Source: an uncultured Eubacterium sp. (GTDB lineage: Bacteria; Bacillota; Clostridia; Lachnospirales; Lachnospiraceae). Taken from it: a stretch of DNA of 64,000 nt. The notes below the pieces were generated by a model. The model saw nothing but the letters and a program-made list of their open reading frames with translations. It was not told the origin of the DNA and did no database searches. The stretch is taken from the NCBI GenBank assembly GCA_910586045.1, contig CAJUIH010000002.1, positions 6,711 to 70,710 of the forward strand. The letters run 5' to 3'. Both the position numbers and the translations under genes were made by a program. Each line of letters begins with the position of its first letter. Within the stretch, counting starts at the first letter, position 1. This document shows positions 8,380 to 19,115 of the stretch, piece by piece.

Positions 8380-9483
8380 TTACTTATTTTTTCCATCATA
8401 TTTTTCCTGCCCCAGCCGAATATTCATATATTTTGTATAACGTGCAAACGCAGACGGGATCGCATACTTTTCTTCAGCATCCGCTGCCTGTGCAAATACA
8501 AAACCGGATCCGGGCATCTGCGGATCTTCCAATTGCGCCACACGAATCATATACCCGGTCATATGCCACTCAATATGGGAGAATATATGCCCGGCATGTT
8601 CCAATGGTTCGATTTTAATCGGGGTAAGCTCCATCTCTTTTACATAAGCCGTTACTTCATCTCTTGTTTTGTGGCCAGGCAGGTTCGGAAACTCATACAT
8701 ACCTGCTAAAAGCCCTTTGTCCGGGCGGCGGTGGAGCAGGACTCTTTGTCCGTCACGGATTAAAAGGACTGTTTTTTCCTCAATTTTCCTCGGTTTCGGC
8801 TTTCCTTTTACCGGCAGGCGTCCATAGCTTTTTTCCTGATAAGCCCTGCACAACGGCATCCACGGACATTCGCTGCATTTCGGCTCCCCGTTCGGCACGC
8901 AGACCAATGCGCCAAGCTCCATCAGCGCCTGGTTAAAGGCCCCCGCGTGCCCTTTTGGAATGACAGGCAAAAGCAGCCGCTCTGCTTTTGCCTTGACCGA
9001 CTGCTTTTGAATGTCCGAATCATCCGCGGATACCCGCATCAAAATGCGCAGGACATTCCCGTCTACAGCCGGAACCGGGATCCCGTACGCGATGGAAGCG
9101 ACCGCCCCGGCGGTATAATGCCCGATCCCTTTTAATTTTAACAGCTCCTCATAATCCGCCGGAAGCTGCCCGTCATATGATTCCATCATTGTTTGGGCGG
9201 CGGCCTGCATATTACGCACGCGGTTATAGTAGCCAAGCCCCTCCCAAAGCTTTAGTAACTGTTCCTGCCCGCATGCGGCAAGCGCGGAAACGTTTGGCAA
9301 TTCTTTGACAAATCGCTCAAAATACGGCTTGACCGCTTCTACCCTTGTCTGCTGCAGCATAATCTCGGATACCCACACCCGGTACGGCGACGGATCCTCC
9401 CTCCAGGGCAGTACCCTTGCATGGACCGAAAACCATTCCAGCAGTGGTTCGGCCAATTGGCCAAGCGGATACTCTTCCAGCAT
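8380..9483 (-). CDS. mutY: A/G-specific adenine DNA glycosylase
   Basis: HhH-GPD core (LKGIGHYTAGAVASIA), Fe-S cluster loop (CVPNGEPKCSECPWMPLC) and a NUDIX-like C-terminal domain. Confidence 0.9.
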   Translation of the reverse strand: MLEEYPLGQLAEPLLEWFSVHARVLPWREDPSPYRVWVSEIMLQQTRVEAVKPYFERFVKELPNVSALAACGQEQLLKLWEGLGYYNRVRNMQAAAQTMMESYDGQLPADYEELLKLKGIGHYTAGAVASIAYGIPVPAVDGNVLRILMRVSADDSDIQKQSVKAKAERLLLPVIPKGHAGAFNQALMELGALVCVPNGEPKCSECPWMPLCRAYQEKSYGRLPVKGKPKPRKIEEKTVLLIRDGQRVLLHRRPDKGLLAGMYEFPNLPGHKTRDEVTAYVKEMELTPIKIEPLEHAGHIFSHIEWHMTGYMIRVAQLEDPQMPGSGFVFAQAADAEEKYAIPSAFARYTKYMNIRLGQEKYDGKNK

Positions 9484-9510
9484 AACTGCTCCTTTCTTTT
9501 CTATCCGTAC

Positions 9511-11358
9511 CTATTTACGCACCCCTTTTACCCCTTTGGACGACGGCCCGAGCACCCGGACTTGATGATATTCGGATACATATTTTACTACATAATAGTA
9601 AGTAGTCCCTTTTTTTGCCTTTGTATCGCTGTAGCTTTTCTGTGTCATATCCGTAATGACCTTAATGCGTATATAAGAACCGCCTTTTTGTTTCCGGTAA
9701 ATATAGATCCGGTTTGCGTTTGGATACCGATTCCATCGCAGTGTATTGGATTTAGCGTCGCATTTGATCGTAACAGGCGGTTTCTTGGTGCGGACAGCAA
9801 GCATCTTGCGGATCATCGTTTTCGTCTGGTCGCCGACGATTCCGTCCGCGCCGATTCCGCATTTTGTCTGGAAATTTGTAACGATTTTAGTCATCTGCGC
9901 ATTCCAGGTACCATTTACTGTCAGATCTGCCCCGTCCAGAACAAGGAGTGCGGCCTGCAGCCACTGGACATGGAATTTTTGCATATTTTTACCTGCGTAA
10001 AGCGACCCGGACGGCACGGTATAGTCCGCGGGCGAAGTGGAATAGACCGAAATGGATATTGTAAGCTGCGCCGCTTCGTAAGTATCGGTCTTCGCCTGTG
10101 AAGCCGTGATTTTTGCCTCGCCCGGATTCTTGATCGTAACCGTTCCGCTGCTATTTACGCTTGCCGCTGACGGATTGGATGACTGATATGTGATCGGGGA
10201 TTGTGCATGATTGCTCGTTACCCCTAATAAAATGGTGCTGCTGCCCTGATTGACGCCATAGCTTTTTTTCGCTGCCTTTAACGTTGCTTTTTTTAACGGA
10301 ACGACTGGATCGGCCGGATCCTCTGGTTTTTCCGGTTCCTCCGGCTTTACGTCGGGCGGATCCTGCGGCTGCGACGGCAGCCCGTTCCCCGGTGTAACGG
10401 ATTCGTTTTTAAAAACAGCTTTGATCAACGCGGTAATCGTATCCCTTCCCGCATATCCATCCACCTCCAGATTTTTTGCGGCCTGAAATTCGGATACGGC
10501 CGTCTTTGTCTGTGCGTCGTAAACGCCGGAAACCGTAAGCCCCGCTTTCATACATGTATTTAAAGAACGCTGGATCCATGCGGCCCCCGCATCATTTGCC
10601 GTCTCATATGTATAAGGGATATAAGAATCCGAGCCAAGGCAGTAGGCCCATCCAAGTTCTGTCGCGTAAATATACGTGCGAAACCGGCGGCTGTGATAGG
10701 CGCTTTTGCCCATAACCGAATCACAAATCGCCGCCATATGCAGCTCGTTGAGTGTAACAGACGCGTAGCTTCCTACATATCCCGATGCGGACGTAGCAAC
10801 CCGTACTGCCGCTGCCGTACCGCCCTGGTTTGCCAGATCCGCAAAATAGACCAGTGCCGGTTCATTCGTCACCCCAAGTCGCTGCCCCTGTTCAATATAA
10901 TCTGTAATATCCTTTTGCGCCAGCGCATCCTGTTCTGCTTTACTTTCCTTGGTCGCCAGCAGTTTTTTTACCGCCGCTGTCTCGGCCGTCGTCAATTTTC
11001 TAGTCGACCATGCGGCCGAACCGGTAGTCGCCTTGATTTCTGTATACAAGGCCGTTCCCAGCATACTTTTTGCCTGTGTTTCATTTTGTGCCGCAATCGA
11101 ACGAAGCAGGGAAAGCGCACGCGGGCCGTGCCACTGCAGCTTTCCGATCGACACCGCTCCATTGTCATCCGGGTTTACCGAATCATAAATGCCTTCGTTA
11201 TCATACAGGATCTGCGCAGCAGCCATTACAACGGCCGACGGCTGCACCTGCGCTGCCGCGTGCAGTCTGACTGGGTCAGCCGCAAACAGCAGCACTGCCG
11301 CTGCACATACCAGTACAAGGTTCCATAAATTGCATCTGCGTATTAATCTGCGTATCAT
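9511..11358 (-). CDS. secreted multidomain cell-wall protein: lysozyme-like N-domain, two peptidoglycan-binding repeats, an Ig-like domain and an FN3-like domain
   Basis: Signal peptide present. The N-domain has an E...D-x-x-G-x-x-S-I-G-x-x-Q pattern resembling the lysozyme/chitosanase superfamily. Two PG_binding_1-like repeats (…VSGVYDAQTKTAVSEFQ…, …VNGTWNAQMTKIVTNFQ…). Domain calls are by eye. Confidence 0.75.
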   Translation of the reverse strand: MIRRLIRRCNLWNLVLVCAAAVLLFAADPVRLHAAAQVQPSAVVMAAAQILYDNEGIYDSVNPDDNGAVSIGKLQWHGPRALSLLRSIAAQNETQAKSMLGTALYTEIKATTGSAAWSTRKLTTAETAAVKKLLATKESKAEQDALAQKDITDYIEQGQRLGVTNEPALVYFADLANQGGTAAAVRVATSASGYVGSYASVTLNELHMAAICDSVMGKSAYHSRRFRTYIYATELGWAYCLGSDSYIPYTYETANDAGAAWIQRSLNTCMKAGLTVSGVYDAQTKTAVSEFQAAKNLEVDGYAGRDTITALIKAVFKNESVTPGNGLPSQPQDPPDVKPEEPEKPEDPADPVVPLKKATLKAAKKSYGVNQGSSTILLGVTSNHAQSPITYQSSNPSAASVNSSGTVTIKNPGEAKITASQAKTDTYEAAQLTISISVYSTSPADYTVPSGSLYAGKNMQKFHVQWLQAALLVLDGADLTVNGTWNAQMTKIVTNFQTKCGIGADGIVGDQTKTMIRKMLAVRTKKPPVTIKCDAKSNTLRWNRYPNANRIYIYRKQKGGSYIRIKVITDMTQKSYSDTKAKKGTTYYYVVKYVSEYHQVRVLGPSSKGVKGVRK

Positions 11359-11380
11359 CCGTGTTTTTTAAATCCTTTCC

Positions 11381-11474
11381 TATATAAACGGCGTAAAATT
11401 TCAGCACAATATCATTTGTTTCTGGCCCGCCGTTTATCGGGTTTATTGTGCAGTATTCAATCACCGAATATATA
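11381..11474 (-). repeat. 94-nt repeat element, copy 1 (in the 5' leader of the cell-wall protein gene)
   Basis: Near-identical to 24307-24400 and 35954-36047. It ends 22 nt upstream of the start codon at 11358. Confidence 0.85.
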
Positions 11475-11734
11475 AATTTGTAAAATCATGTCTGATATCC
11501 TGCCAAAACAGTATCCTCCATACAGATGAAAACAGCATGAAAGCACTGCCAAAAAAGAGTTTTGTCCAAGATTCAAACACCTAACATATATAAAGTACGC
11601 ACGTATCGCAAAAAATACCGGTATCCTGCTAAATTTTATTGACATACCTTTCACAAAGTAATAAATTATAAGTATGGCAGAAAGCTTTCACTTTCAGCAG
11701 CTACTATCACATATTCATTAGGAGGGTTCGAACA

Positions 11735-12529
11735 ATGAACAATTTAAAACTCGAAGTGGAAAACCAAATCGCGGTTCTTTCCATTACCAGACCGGCGGCA
11801 TTAAATGCTTTAAACAGCGAAACACTCGATGAACTGCATACGGTATTGACCGAAATCGAAGCAAGGGACGACGTAAAAGTTGTAATTTTGACCGGCGGTC
11901 CTGACAAAAAAGGCAATGCTTACAAATCATTCGTTGCCGGCGCGGATATCTCGGAAATGGTAAACCTGTCCGCTGCAGAAGCACGCGCTTTCGGTATGCG
12001 TGCCGCGGCTCCATTCTTTCAATTGATGAACATGCGCCAGGTAACGATTGCCGCAGTTAACGGCTTCGCACTCGGCGGCGGCTGCGAAATCAGCATGGCA
12101 TGTGATATCCGCATTGCGTCCGACAACGCTACTTTCGCACAGCCGGAATGCGGACTCGGCATTATTCCAGGATTCGGCGGTACACAGCGTCTGGCCCGCC
12201 TGGTAGGCATGGGCCGCGCAAAAGAAATGATCTTTACCTGCGACAGCATTAAAGCAGACGAAGCTTACCGGATCGGCCTTGTAAACAAGGTAGTTGCACC
12301 GGAAGAATTAATGCCGACCGCAAAAGCAATGGCGGAAAAGATTATTTCCAAAGGCAGCTATGCGGTATCCATCGCAAAAGCGGCTATTAACAACGGCTAT
12401 GATATGGATATCAAAAACGCGGTTGAAATGGAAGCGAACCTGTTTGGCCTTACCTGCTCTACCCACGACAAAAAAGAAGGCATGACCGCATTCCTGGAAA
12501 AACGCGGCGCAGACCTGACCGATTTCTAA
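11735..12529 (+). CDS. crt: short-chain enoyl-CoA hydratase (crotonase)
   Basis: Crotonase-fold motifs (VVILTG…, FVAGADI, AAVNGFALGGGCE.SMACD). GGAGGG RBS. Confidence 0.9.
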   Translation: MNNLKLEVENQIAVLSITRPAALNALNSETLDELHTVLTEIEARDDVKVVILTGGPDKKGNAYKSFVAGADISEMVNLSAAEARAFGMRAAAPFFQLMNMRQVTIAAVNGFALGGGCEISMACDIRIASDNATFAQPECGLGIIPGFGGTQRLARLVGMGRAKEMIFTCDSIKADEAYRIGLVNKVVAPEELMPTAKAMAEKIISKGSYAVSIAKAAINNGYDMDIKNAVEMEANLFGLTCSTHDKKEGMTAFLEKRGADLTDF

Positions 12530-12748
12530 TCATCCATCCGTTGGTACCTATGCGGCTCACTGATACATAACTTGTATTAGAAAACTGTCCGGCAAGCATT
12601 TGCCAAAGCGAGCGGATGATTTGCCGGCGGTTCTTTCGAAGCGGTATCCCGATATGTCTGCAGCAAAAAAGCGGCATCTTTTTGATACCGCCCGTTTTTT
12701 ATAGCTGTTTTTTCATAGCTGTTCATTGCCTGCACCCCGTGCTTTTCC

Positions 12749-13426
12749 TTACAGTTTCTGCAAAATTTCAAGCGCGTCTTTTTTCAGCACGCACGTCCCA
12801 TGCTCCGCCAGATAAGCGGCCTTATACAGATCCGAAGACGCGTCTTCCATAAATTCCACCGAAGCGCTGATTACCCTGCATATTTCCTTATCGCCCAGCC
12901 CGTTGCGCTCGATCAAAAGATAATAACTGTTCGAACCGTGCCCCTGCAGCCGGAATACGCTGCTTACTACCGGCTCTTCCAGCACAATGGACTTTGCATA
13001 AGTAATAATCTGATCCATTGAATCAAATTTTAATATGTACAGCCGCTGGTCTGCCCCGTCGATCAGCGTATCCGCCTCTTTCCCGGAATCTCCATCCGCC
13101 TCTTCCTCATATTTTTTGCCGAGTCCCGAAAGGCTGTCTACCGCGGATTTTAAATTCTGCAGGATATTTAAAATATTGTGGTCCGGCCGTTCTGAAAATG
13201 TCAGGGCCAAAAGATGCTCCGGCAGTACGGCAACCTGTACGGAGAGCGGGCCGCCTTGTACCTTAAATCCTACTTCCTCTTCTGCCATTGATACGATCTT
13301 TCTCAAAAAATCTTCGGTCTTTCCATCATTCTGCAGAAAATCATCCATCTGCAGGCCATTTTCATTCAATTCCGTTTCCGAAACGATGCAGCGCACCGTA
13401 TCCATGTTGATCCTTTTAAATCTCAT
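12749..13426 (-). CDS. mecA: adaptor protein MecA
   Basis: N-terminus MRFKRINMDTVRCIVSETEL… and the overall layout parallel B. subtilis MecA (MEIERINEHTVKFYMS…). Confidence 0.8.
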   Translation of the reverse strand: MRFKRINMDTVRCIVSETELNENGLQMDDFLQNDGKTEDFLRKIVSMAEEEVGFKVQGGPLSVQVAVLPEHLLALTFSERPDHNILNILQNLKSAVDSLSGLGKKYEEEADGDSGKEADTLIDGADQRLYILKFDSMDQIITYAKSIVLEEPVVSSVFRLQGHGSNSYYLLIERNGLGDKEICRVISASVEFMEDASSDLYKAAYLAEHGTCVLKKDALEILQKL

Positions 13427-13535
13427 CTGCCCTCACCCTATTTTACCCAACATTGCAGCTTAGCCGCTATGCCGATGTTTACACTGCTCATTTTTAAGTT
13501 TTCATTTATAGTATACACCAAGTACCGCGTATTGT

Positions 13536-14351
13536 CTATTGGATTCTGCTGCCATACACAAAAGTACTGAAGTATATGATGGAAGCCAGGATCACAATGA
13601 CAGGACCCGTAGCTACATTTATAAAATAAGAGATGATCAGCCCGAATATTCCGGAAAATATGGAAAAAATGACCGCAAAAAAATGATATTCCCGCAGGTT
13701 TTGTGAAAGATTCCTGCTGGCGGCCGCCGGCAGGATCAAAAGGGCATTGATAATTAAAATACCGACCCATCGAATCGACGCCATGACAATCAGCGCCGTC
13801 AATACCGCAAACAGGTTTTCCATAAACCGCACCGGAATATGCCTGCTTTTTGCCAGCGACCGATGGATGCTGACAGCCTGCAGCCAGTTGAAGCCAAACG
13901 TCCAAAAAAGAAGCGTTACGGCAAAAATCAGCGCCAGATAACCGATCTCCGACTTGGTAATGCTCAGCACATCCCCGACCAGCAGGCCGGAATACTGGCT
14001 GAAATTCCCGCCCTTTGACAGGATCGCCAGGCCGACTGCAATGCTGCAGCTTGAGAATACGGAAATCACGGTATCGTTTGCCGCCGTGCCGGCGCTGCTT
14101 AATTTATTTAACAGCAGCGCAAATACGGCAGCAAACAAAAGCATGGAAAGGCTGGTATCCGAAAGCCCTGCCACTACACCAAGCGCAATGCCCGTCCAGG
14201 CGGAATGTCCCAGGGCATCCGAGAAAAAAGCCATCTTGCGCTCTACAATCATCGTACCCAGCAGGCCGAACAGCGGCGTGATAATCACAATGGCCGCAAA
14301 TGCGTTCCGCATAAATCCAAACTGCGTCCATTCCGTAAAAAAACGTATCAT
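13536..14351 (-). CDS. metal (Zn/Mn-type) ABC transporter permease
   Basis: ABC-3 family permease pattern with 8-9 TM helices. Its start overlaps the upstream ATPase stop (ATGA). Confidence 0.85.
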   Translation of the reverse strand: MIRFFTEWTQFGFMRNAFAAIVIITPLFGLLGTMIVERKMAFFSDALGHSAWTGIALGVVAGLSDTSLSMLLFAAVFALLLNKLSSAGTAANDTVISVFSSCSIAVGLAILSKGGNFSQYSGLLVGDVLSITKSEIGYLALIFAVTLLFWTFGFNWLQAVSIHRSLAKSRHIPVRFMENLFAVLTALIVMASIRWVGILIINALLILPAAASRNLSQNLREYHFFAVIFSIFSGIFGLIISYFINVATGPVIVILASIIYFSTFVYGSRIQ

Positions 14352-15094
14352 GCACGTACCTCCGTTTCTCCAAACACGTCCCGAAATTCCCTGCTGCGGT
14401 ACACCTCCCGCACGGTTCCCTGCCGCAAAACGGTCTGGTCCAGCAGCACAACCCAGTCCGCGTACGCCGCTACATAATCCAGGTCATGGGAAATCAGAAT
14501 AACCGCAAGGTCAAAATTTTTTTTCAAATAATCCATCAGCCTGTAAAACAGCTCCATCCCGTTTTGGTCGATGCCGGAAACTGGCTCATCCAACAGCAGA
14601 AGATTCGGCCCGTCCATGACTGCCAGGGATAACAGCACGCGCTGCAGCTCGCCGCCGGACAAATTACACACCTGTTTGTCAATTAAGCTTTCCGCCTCGA
14701 ATACACGCAGGCTTTCCCGGATCTGTCCATACAGTTTTTTTCTTTTTGTCAAAAATACAGGAAAACGGGACTGGTAACAGGCAATCAGATCATAGACACT
14801 GACCGGGGTGTGCTTTTCTATATTTACAGCCTGCGGCACATAACCGATTTTAAGCTTCTGCATCCTCCCATTTTCGCGGTCTTTAAATTCAATCGAACCC
14901 GTATGCGGCACTTCCCCAAGCATAGCCCTTACCAGCGTGGATTTCCCGGCCCCGTTTTTGCCTATGACAGCGTTGAGTGTTCCGCAATGAATATGAAGGT
15001 TGATATCGGTCAAAATTTCCTGCGTGCCGATCGTAACGCCAAGATGATTGACTTTGATGCAGTGCAGGCCGCACGGGCGGATGATTTTTCTCAT
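14348..15094 (-). CDS. metal ABC transporter ATP-binding protein
   Basis: Walker A GKNGAGKST, signature LSGGELQR, Walker B LLLLDEP. Confidence 0.9.
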   Translation of the reverse strand: MRKIIRPCGLHCIKVNHLGVTIGTQEILTDINLHIHCGTLNAVIGKNGAGKSTLVRAMLGEVPHTGSIEFKDRENGRMQKLKIGYVPQAVNIEKHTPVSVYDLIACYQSRFPVFLTKRKKLYGQIRESLRVFEAESLIDKQVCNLSGGELQRVLLSLAVMDGPNLLLLDEPVSGIDQNGMELFYRLMDYLKKNFDLAVILISHDLDYVAAYADWVVLLDQTVLRQGTVREVYRSREFRDVFGETEVRA

Positions 15095-15107
15095 AACGAA
15101 ACTCCGA

Positions 15108-16028
15108 TCATTTTAGTTTTGCAAATGCTTCCTGCAATACACGGATATTTTCCCGCATCGCACGCACATAGCTGTCCGCGCGTCCGTCCCCCTGCACACA
15201 GGGATCCAGATACACGGCCTGCACATCGGCTTCTTTCTGCACGGTTTCGCACATTTGCTTTCCATACTGTTCTTCTGCCAGAATAAACGGTACCGCCTGC
15301 TCTTTGACCAGGCGTACTACTTGCGCCACTTCCCCAGCGCTGACCTGGCGTTCCTCATCCAAATCCAGGCTGCCTGCTGCCTGCAGGCCGAAATCACGGG
15401 CCAGGTAAGCAAACGCTTCATGGAACAGCACGCTGCGGCGCGGCACGGACTGCGGTATTTGTTCCCGAACCGCCTGCTGTTTCTTTAAAAGCTGTTTTAG
15501 CTGCTGCATATATCGGCCACAGTTTGCCTCATACTCCTTCCGGTGCGCCTCATCCAGCGCGGACAGGCCGTCGGCTATGGTCTGCACCTGCACCATATAA
15601 TCCGGTATGCTCATCCAGGCATGGGCGTTGTCTGCCAGAAGATCGATTTGTTCACTGGCATTGACCACCGTAAGAGACGGATAGCGGCCGGCTACTTCGG
15701 ATAAGAAGTGTTCCATTCCGCCCCCATTGATCAAGAAAACATCGGCGGCGGACAATTTTCGCATATCTTCGGTCGTTAACTGATAATCGTGCAGGCATCC
15801 GGTCTGCGGCTCGCTTAAATTCGCAAGGCTGACCCCGCCGACGTCCCCGATTATATTCTCCGCCGCGATGTAAACCGGATAAAAGGATGTTACGACATGA
15901 AAGCCGCTTTCCGGCTCCGCGCCCCGCTCGAAGCGGACATAGAGTTCTGTCAGCCCGATACCTGCCGCCGCCAGCAGAATGAGCAGTAGGGCGGTAAAGA
16001 CATATTTATTTTTTATCGCCGTTTTCAT
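15108..16028 (-). CDS. metal ABC transporter substrate-binding protein (TroA/ZnuA family)
   Basis: N-terminal anchor helix and a cluster-9 SBP pattern (FHEAFAYLARDFGL). Its start overlaps the engB stop (ATGA). Confidence 0.85.
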   Translation of the reverse strand: MKTAIKNKYVFTALLLILLAAAGIGLTELYVRFERGAEPESGFHVVTSFYPVYIAAENIIGDVGGVSLANLSEPQTGCLHDYQLTTEDMRKLSAADVFLINGGGMEHFLSEVAGRYPSLTVVNASEQIDLLADNAHAWMSIPDYMVQVQTIADGLSALDEAHRKEYEANCGRYMQQLKQLLKKQQAVREQIPQSVPRRSVLFHEAFAYLARDFGLQAAGSLDLDEERQVSAGEVAQVVRLVKEQAVPFILAEEQYGKQMCETVQKEADVQAVYLDPCVQGDGRADSYVRAMRENIRVLQEAFAKLK

Positions 16029-16606
16029 AGCAGCCGGTCCATTGTCTGCCAGATTTCGTCCCGCCCCTGCTTATTTAACGCGGAAAACGGAAGCAGCAGA
16101 TCGGCGTCCTGCATACCCAGGCCGTTTTTGATTTCCGCCAGATGTCCGGGCACCTGCGACTTTTTCAGCTTGTCCAGTTTTGTAGCGATAATAATCGGCC
16201 GGTAACCCTGGTGTACGATCCACTCATACATCATTTTATCGTTCGCGGACGGTTTGTGGCGGATATCCACAAGCAAAAAGACCGCTTTTAACTGCCTGGA
16301 CTTGTGCAGGTAATTTTCGATCATTTTGCCCCATTTCACACGCTCCGCTTCCGGCGCGCGCGCAAATCCATAGCCGGGCAGATCTACTAAATACATCGCG
16401 TCGTTGATATTATAAAAATTGATCGTCTGCGTTTTCCCCGGCTTTTCCGACGTACGCGCGAGTGCTTTCCGGTTCATCAGGGCATTGATCAGCGAGGATT
16501 TGCCCACATTGGATTTCCCCGCAAACGCGATTTCCGGCAGGCGGTTGTCCGGAATTTTGCTCGTAACGCCGCAGACCGTTTCCAAACTTACATTTTTTAT
16601 GACCAT
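16025..16606 (-). CDS. engB: ribosome biogenesis GTPase YsxC/EngB
   Basis: G1 GKSNVGKSS, G3 DLPGYG, G4 TKLDK. AAGGAGG RBS. Confidence 0.9.
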   Translation of the reverse strand: MVIKNVSLETVCGVTSKIPDNRLPEIAFAGKSNVGKSSLINALMNRKALARTSEKPGKTQTINFYNINDAMYLVDLPGYGFARAPEAERVKWGKMIENYLHKSRQLKAVFLLVDIRHKPSANDKMMYEWIVHQGYRPIIIATKLDKLKKSQVPGHLAEIKNGLGMQDADLLLPFSALNKQGRDEIWQTMDRLL

Positions 16607-16658
16607 GGAAGATTCCTCCTTAATACTTCCTACCCCTGCACAGATTTTGCCGCTTCCA

Positions 16659-18983
16659 TCATCGATCCTGTACCAGAGCCGCTTCCAGCACTTCTTTCAT
16701 CTGACCGACGAGCAGAATTTTCATCCCTTTTTTGATTTCATCATCGATTTCAGACAAATCTTTTTCATTTTTCTTTGGCACGCATACCGTCTTAATCCCG
16801 GCATTTTTTGCTGCCAGCAGCTTTTCCTTTAAACCGCCGATCGGAAGCACGCGCCCGCGCAGTGTGATTTCCCCGGTCATAGCTACGTCTGCACGCACCG
16901 GGATTTCCGTCACCGCGGAAAGTATCGCAACCGCCATCGTAATACCGGCAGACGGGCCGTCCTTTGGCGTCGCCCCTTCCGGGATATGGATGTGGATGTC
17001 GTGTTTGGTAAAATAATTTTCCGATATGCGGTATGACCCGCTTAATGCACGCACACAGCTTAACGCAGCCATTGCAGATTCTTTCATCACATCGCCCAGC
17101 TTGCCTGTCAGCTTCATTTCCCCTTTGCCGGGCATGATATTTACTTCCACTTCCAGTGTCACGCCGCCTACGCTTGTCCAGGCCAGCCCGCGTACGATGC
17201 CGACTTCATCCTCTTCCTGCAACTGCTCCGGCATATAGCGCACTATCCCGAGGTATTTTTCCAGATTGCTTCCAGTCACGCGGACACTGCCCTTTTGGTT
17301 TTCATAAATCTCCCTGGCAGCTTTGCGGCAGACCGCGCCGATTTTTCGTTCCAAATTTCGTACGCCTGCTTCTTTTGTATAACCGCTGATCATTTTTGCA
17401 AGCGCTTTATCACTGACTGACAACTGGTCTTTTTTCAGTCCGTTTTTCTTTTTCTGCTTTTCTACGAGGTGTTCTTTTGCGATATGCAGCTTTTCATTTT
17501 CCGTATAACTGGATACCTCAATCAATTCCATACGGTCCAGCAGCGGTCTTGGAATATTCGCCGCATCATTTGCTGTCGCAACAAACATAACTTCCGATAA
17601 ATCTACCGGAATTTCCACATAATGGTCCTGAAAATGGCTGTTTTGCTCGCTGTCCAATACTTCCAGCAGGGCCGAGGACGGATCGCCTTTATAATCGCTC
17701 CCCAGCTTATCAATCTCGTCTAACAGCATGAGCGGATTTTTATATCCGGCGCTTTTTAGCCCGGTTACAATGCGCCCCGGCATCGCGCCCACATAGGTTT
17801 TCCTATGGCCGCGGATTTCCGCCTCGTCACGCACGCCGCCCAAACAGATCCGGACATATTTTTTGTCAAGCGCGGACGCCACTGATTTTGCAATGCTTGT
17901 TTTTCCGGTACCCGGCGGGCCGACTAAACAGATAATCGGGCTGTCTCCTTTTTTCGTCAGGTTGCGCACAGCCAGAAATTCCAGTACGCGTTCTTTTACC
18001 TTTTCCATTCCGTAATGGTCGTCATTTAAAATCCGCTCCGCGTTTTTGAGGTCTTTATTATCCTTGGAGCTTTTATTCCACGGCAATTCCAGCAGCATTT
18101 CGATATATCCGCGCACAACGGCGCTTTCCGACGAACTCGGCGGCAGGTTTTTAAACCGGGAAATTTCTTCCAGCAGGCGGTCTTTGACTTCTTTTTCCGC
18201 TTTCAGCTTATTTGTGCGCGCCGTATATTTTTCAATATCGGAATCCGTATTCGTTTCCCCAAGTTCTTCCCGGATCAGGCGCATCTGCTCCCGCAGGATA
18301 TATTCCCTCTGGTTTTTATCTACCGCGTTTTTCAGCTTTTCCTGAAAATCGATCTTGATCGCAATGACCTCGAGTTCGTTTAACAGGATTTCCATAAATA
18401 CTTCATAACGGTGCGTCAGATTGACCGCGGACAAAACCCGCTGTTTATATTCATAATGCAGCGGCAGGCTGTTCGCGCACAAATCAATCAGTTCATCCAC
18501 CTTTGTGATTTCGTCGATCTGCTTTAAAAATTCCCGTCCGGTACGCTGGCTGTATTTACAGTATTTATGGATGGTTTCTTTCATGCTTTTTAGCATGGCC
18601 TCCAATACCTGCGGCATCACCTCGCCGACTGCCTCTTCATCAAAACAAAAGATTTTCATCTGCAGATAATTCGGATGGTCTGTGATTTCCTGCAGCTCGG
18701 CCCGTTCGATCCCTTCCACAAGCACGCGTACTACATGATTCGGCATTTTAATTAACTGCTTGATCTGCGCGATTACGCCAACCTCATAAAAGTCTTCTTT
18801 CTGCGGTTCTTCCGCTTCTACGTTTTTCACCGTAAGCAGAAAGATTTTTTCATCTTTCACCATAGCTTCTTCCACCGCATGGATGGACTGCGGCTTGCTG
18901 ATATCAAAATGGATGATCATACCCGGAAGAACTACCATGCCGCGGAGCGGGACTGCGGGCATTACTTTTATTATTTCACTCAT
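16659..18983 (-). CDS. lon: ATP-dependent endopeptidase La (Lon)
   Basis: LON N-domain, Walker [10 protein letters not shown], and protease Ser motif [11 protein letters not shown] 18983 is preferred over 18992 because AAAGGA lies 9 nt upstream of it. Confidence 0.95.
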   Translation of the reverse strand: MSEIIKVMPAVPLRGMVVLPGMIIHFDISKPQSIHAVEEAMVKDEKIFLLTVKNVEAEEPQKEDFYEVGVIAQIKQLIKMPNHVVRVLVEGIERAELQEITDHPNYLQMKIFCFDEEAVGEVMPQVLEAMLKSMKETIHKYCKYSQRTGREFLKQIDEITKVDELIDLCANSLPLHYEYKQRVLSAVNLTHRYEVFMEILLNELEVIAIKIDFQEKLKNAVDKNQREYILREQMRLIREELGETNTDSDIEKYTARTNKLKAEKEVKDRLLEEISRFKNLPPSSSESAVVRGYIEMLLELPWNKSSKDNKDLKNAERILNDDHYGMEKVKERVLEFLAVRNLTKKGDSPIICLVGPPGTGKTSIAKSVASALDKKYVRICLGGVRDEAEIRGHRKTYVGAMPGRIVTGLKSAGYKNPLMLLDEIDKLGSDYKGDPSSALLEVLDSEQNSHFQDHYVEIPVDLSEVMFVATANDAANIPRPLLDRMELIEVSSYTENEKLHIAKEHLVEKQKKKNGLKKDQLSVSDKALAKMISGYTKEAGVRNLERKIGAVCRKAAREIYENQKGSVRVTGSNLEKYLGIVRYMPEQLQEEDEVGIVRGLAWTSVGGVTLEVEVNIMPGKGEMKLTGKLGDVMKESAMAALSCVRALSGSYRISENYFTKHDIHIHIPEGATPKDGPSAGITMAVAILSAVTEIPVRADVAMTGEITLRGRVLPIGGLKEKLLAAKNAGIKTVCVPKKNEKDLSEIDDEIKKGMKILLVGQMKEVLEAALVQDR

Positions 18984-19115
18984 AGTATCCATTCCTTTGT
19001 CTTACATTTATTCTAAAATCGTTTTCCGATACAGCAAAAAGAGGAGACCCCTTACAGGCTCTCCTCCCGTTACAGGTCCCTTGGTTGCTGCAACAAAACT
19101 AAAACGCTTTTTTAT

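Noticed and set aside
11381-11474. The 94-nt element as a known riboswitch (c-di-GMP I/II, ydaO/c-di-AMP, preQ1, fluoride or guanidine classes considered, because it precedes a cell-wall protein gene).
   Set aside because: None of the conserved cores I remember for those classes is present. Two near-identical copies also lie in non-leader contexts. I kept it as an unexplained repeat instead.
12577-12771. A 64-aa Cys-containing ORF (MKFCRNCKEKHG…) between crt and mecA.
   Set aside because: It overlaps the mecA 3' end out of frame, has no RBS, and covers a region better explained as a terminator (gcggtatc…gataccgc followed by a T-run).
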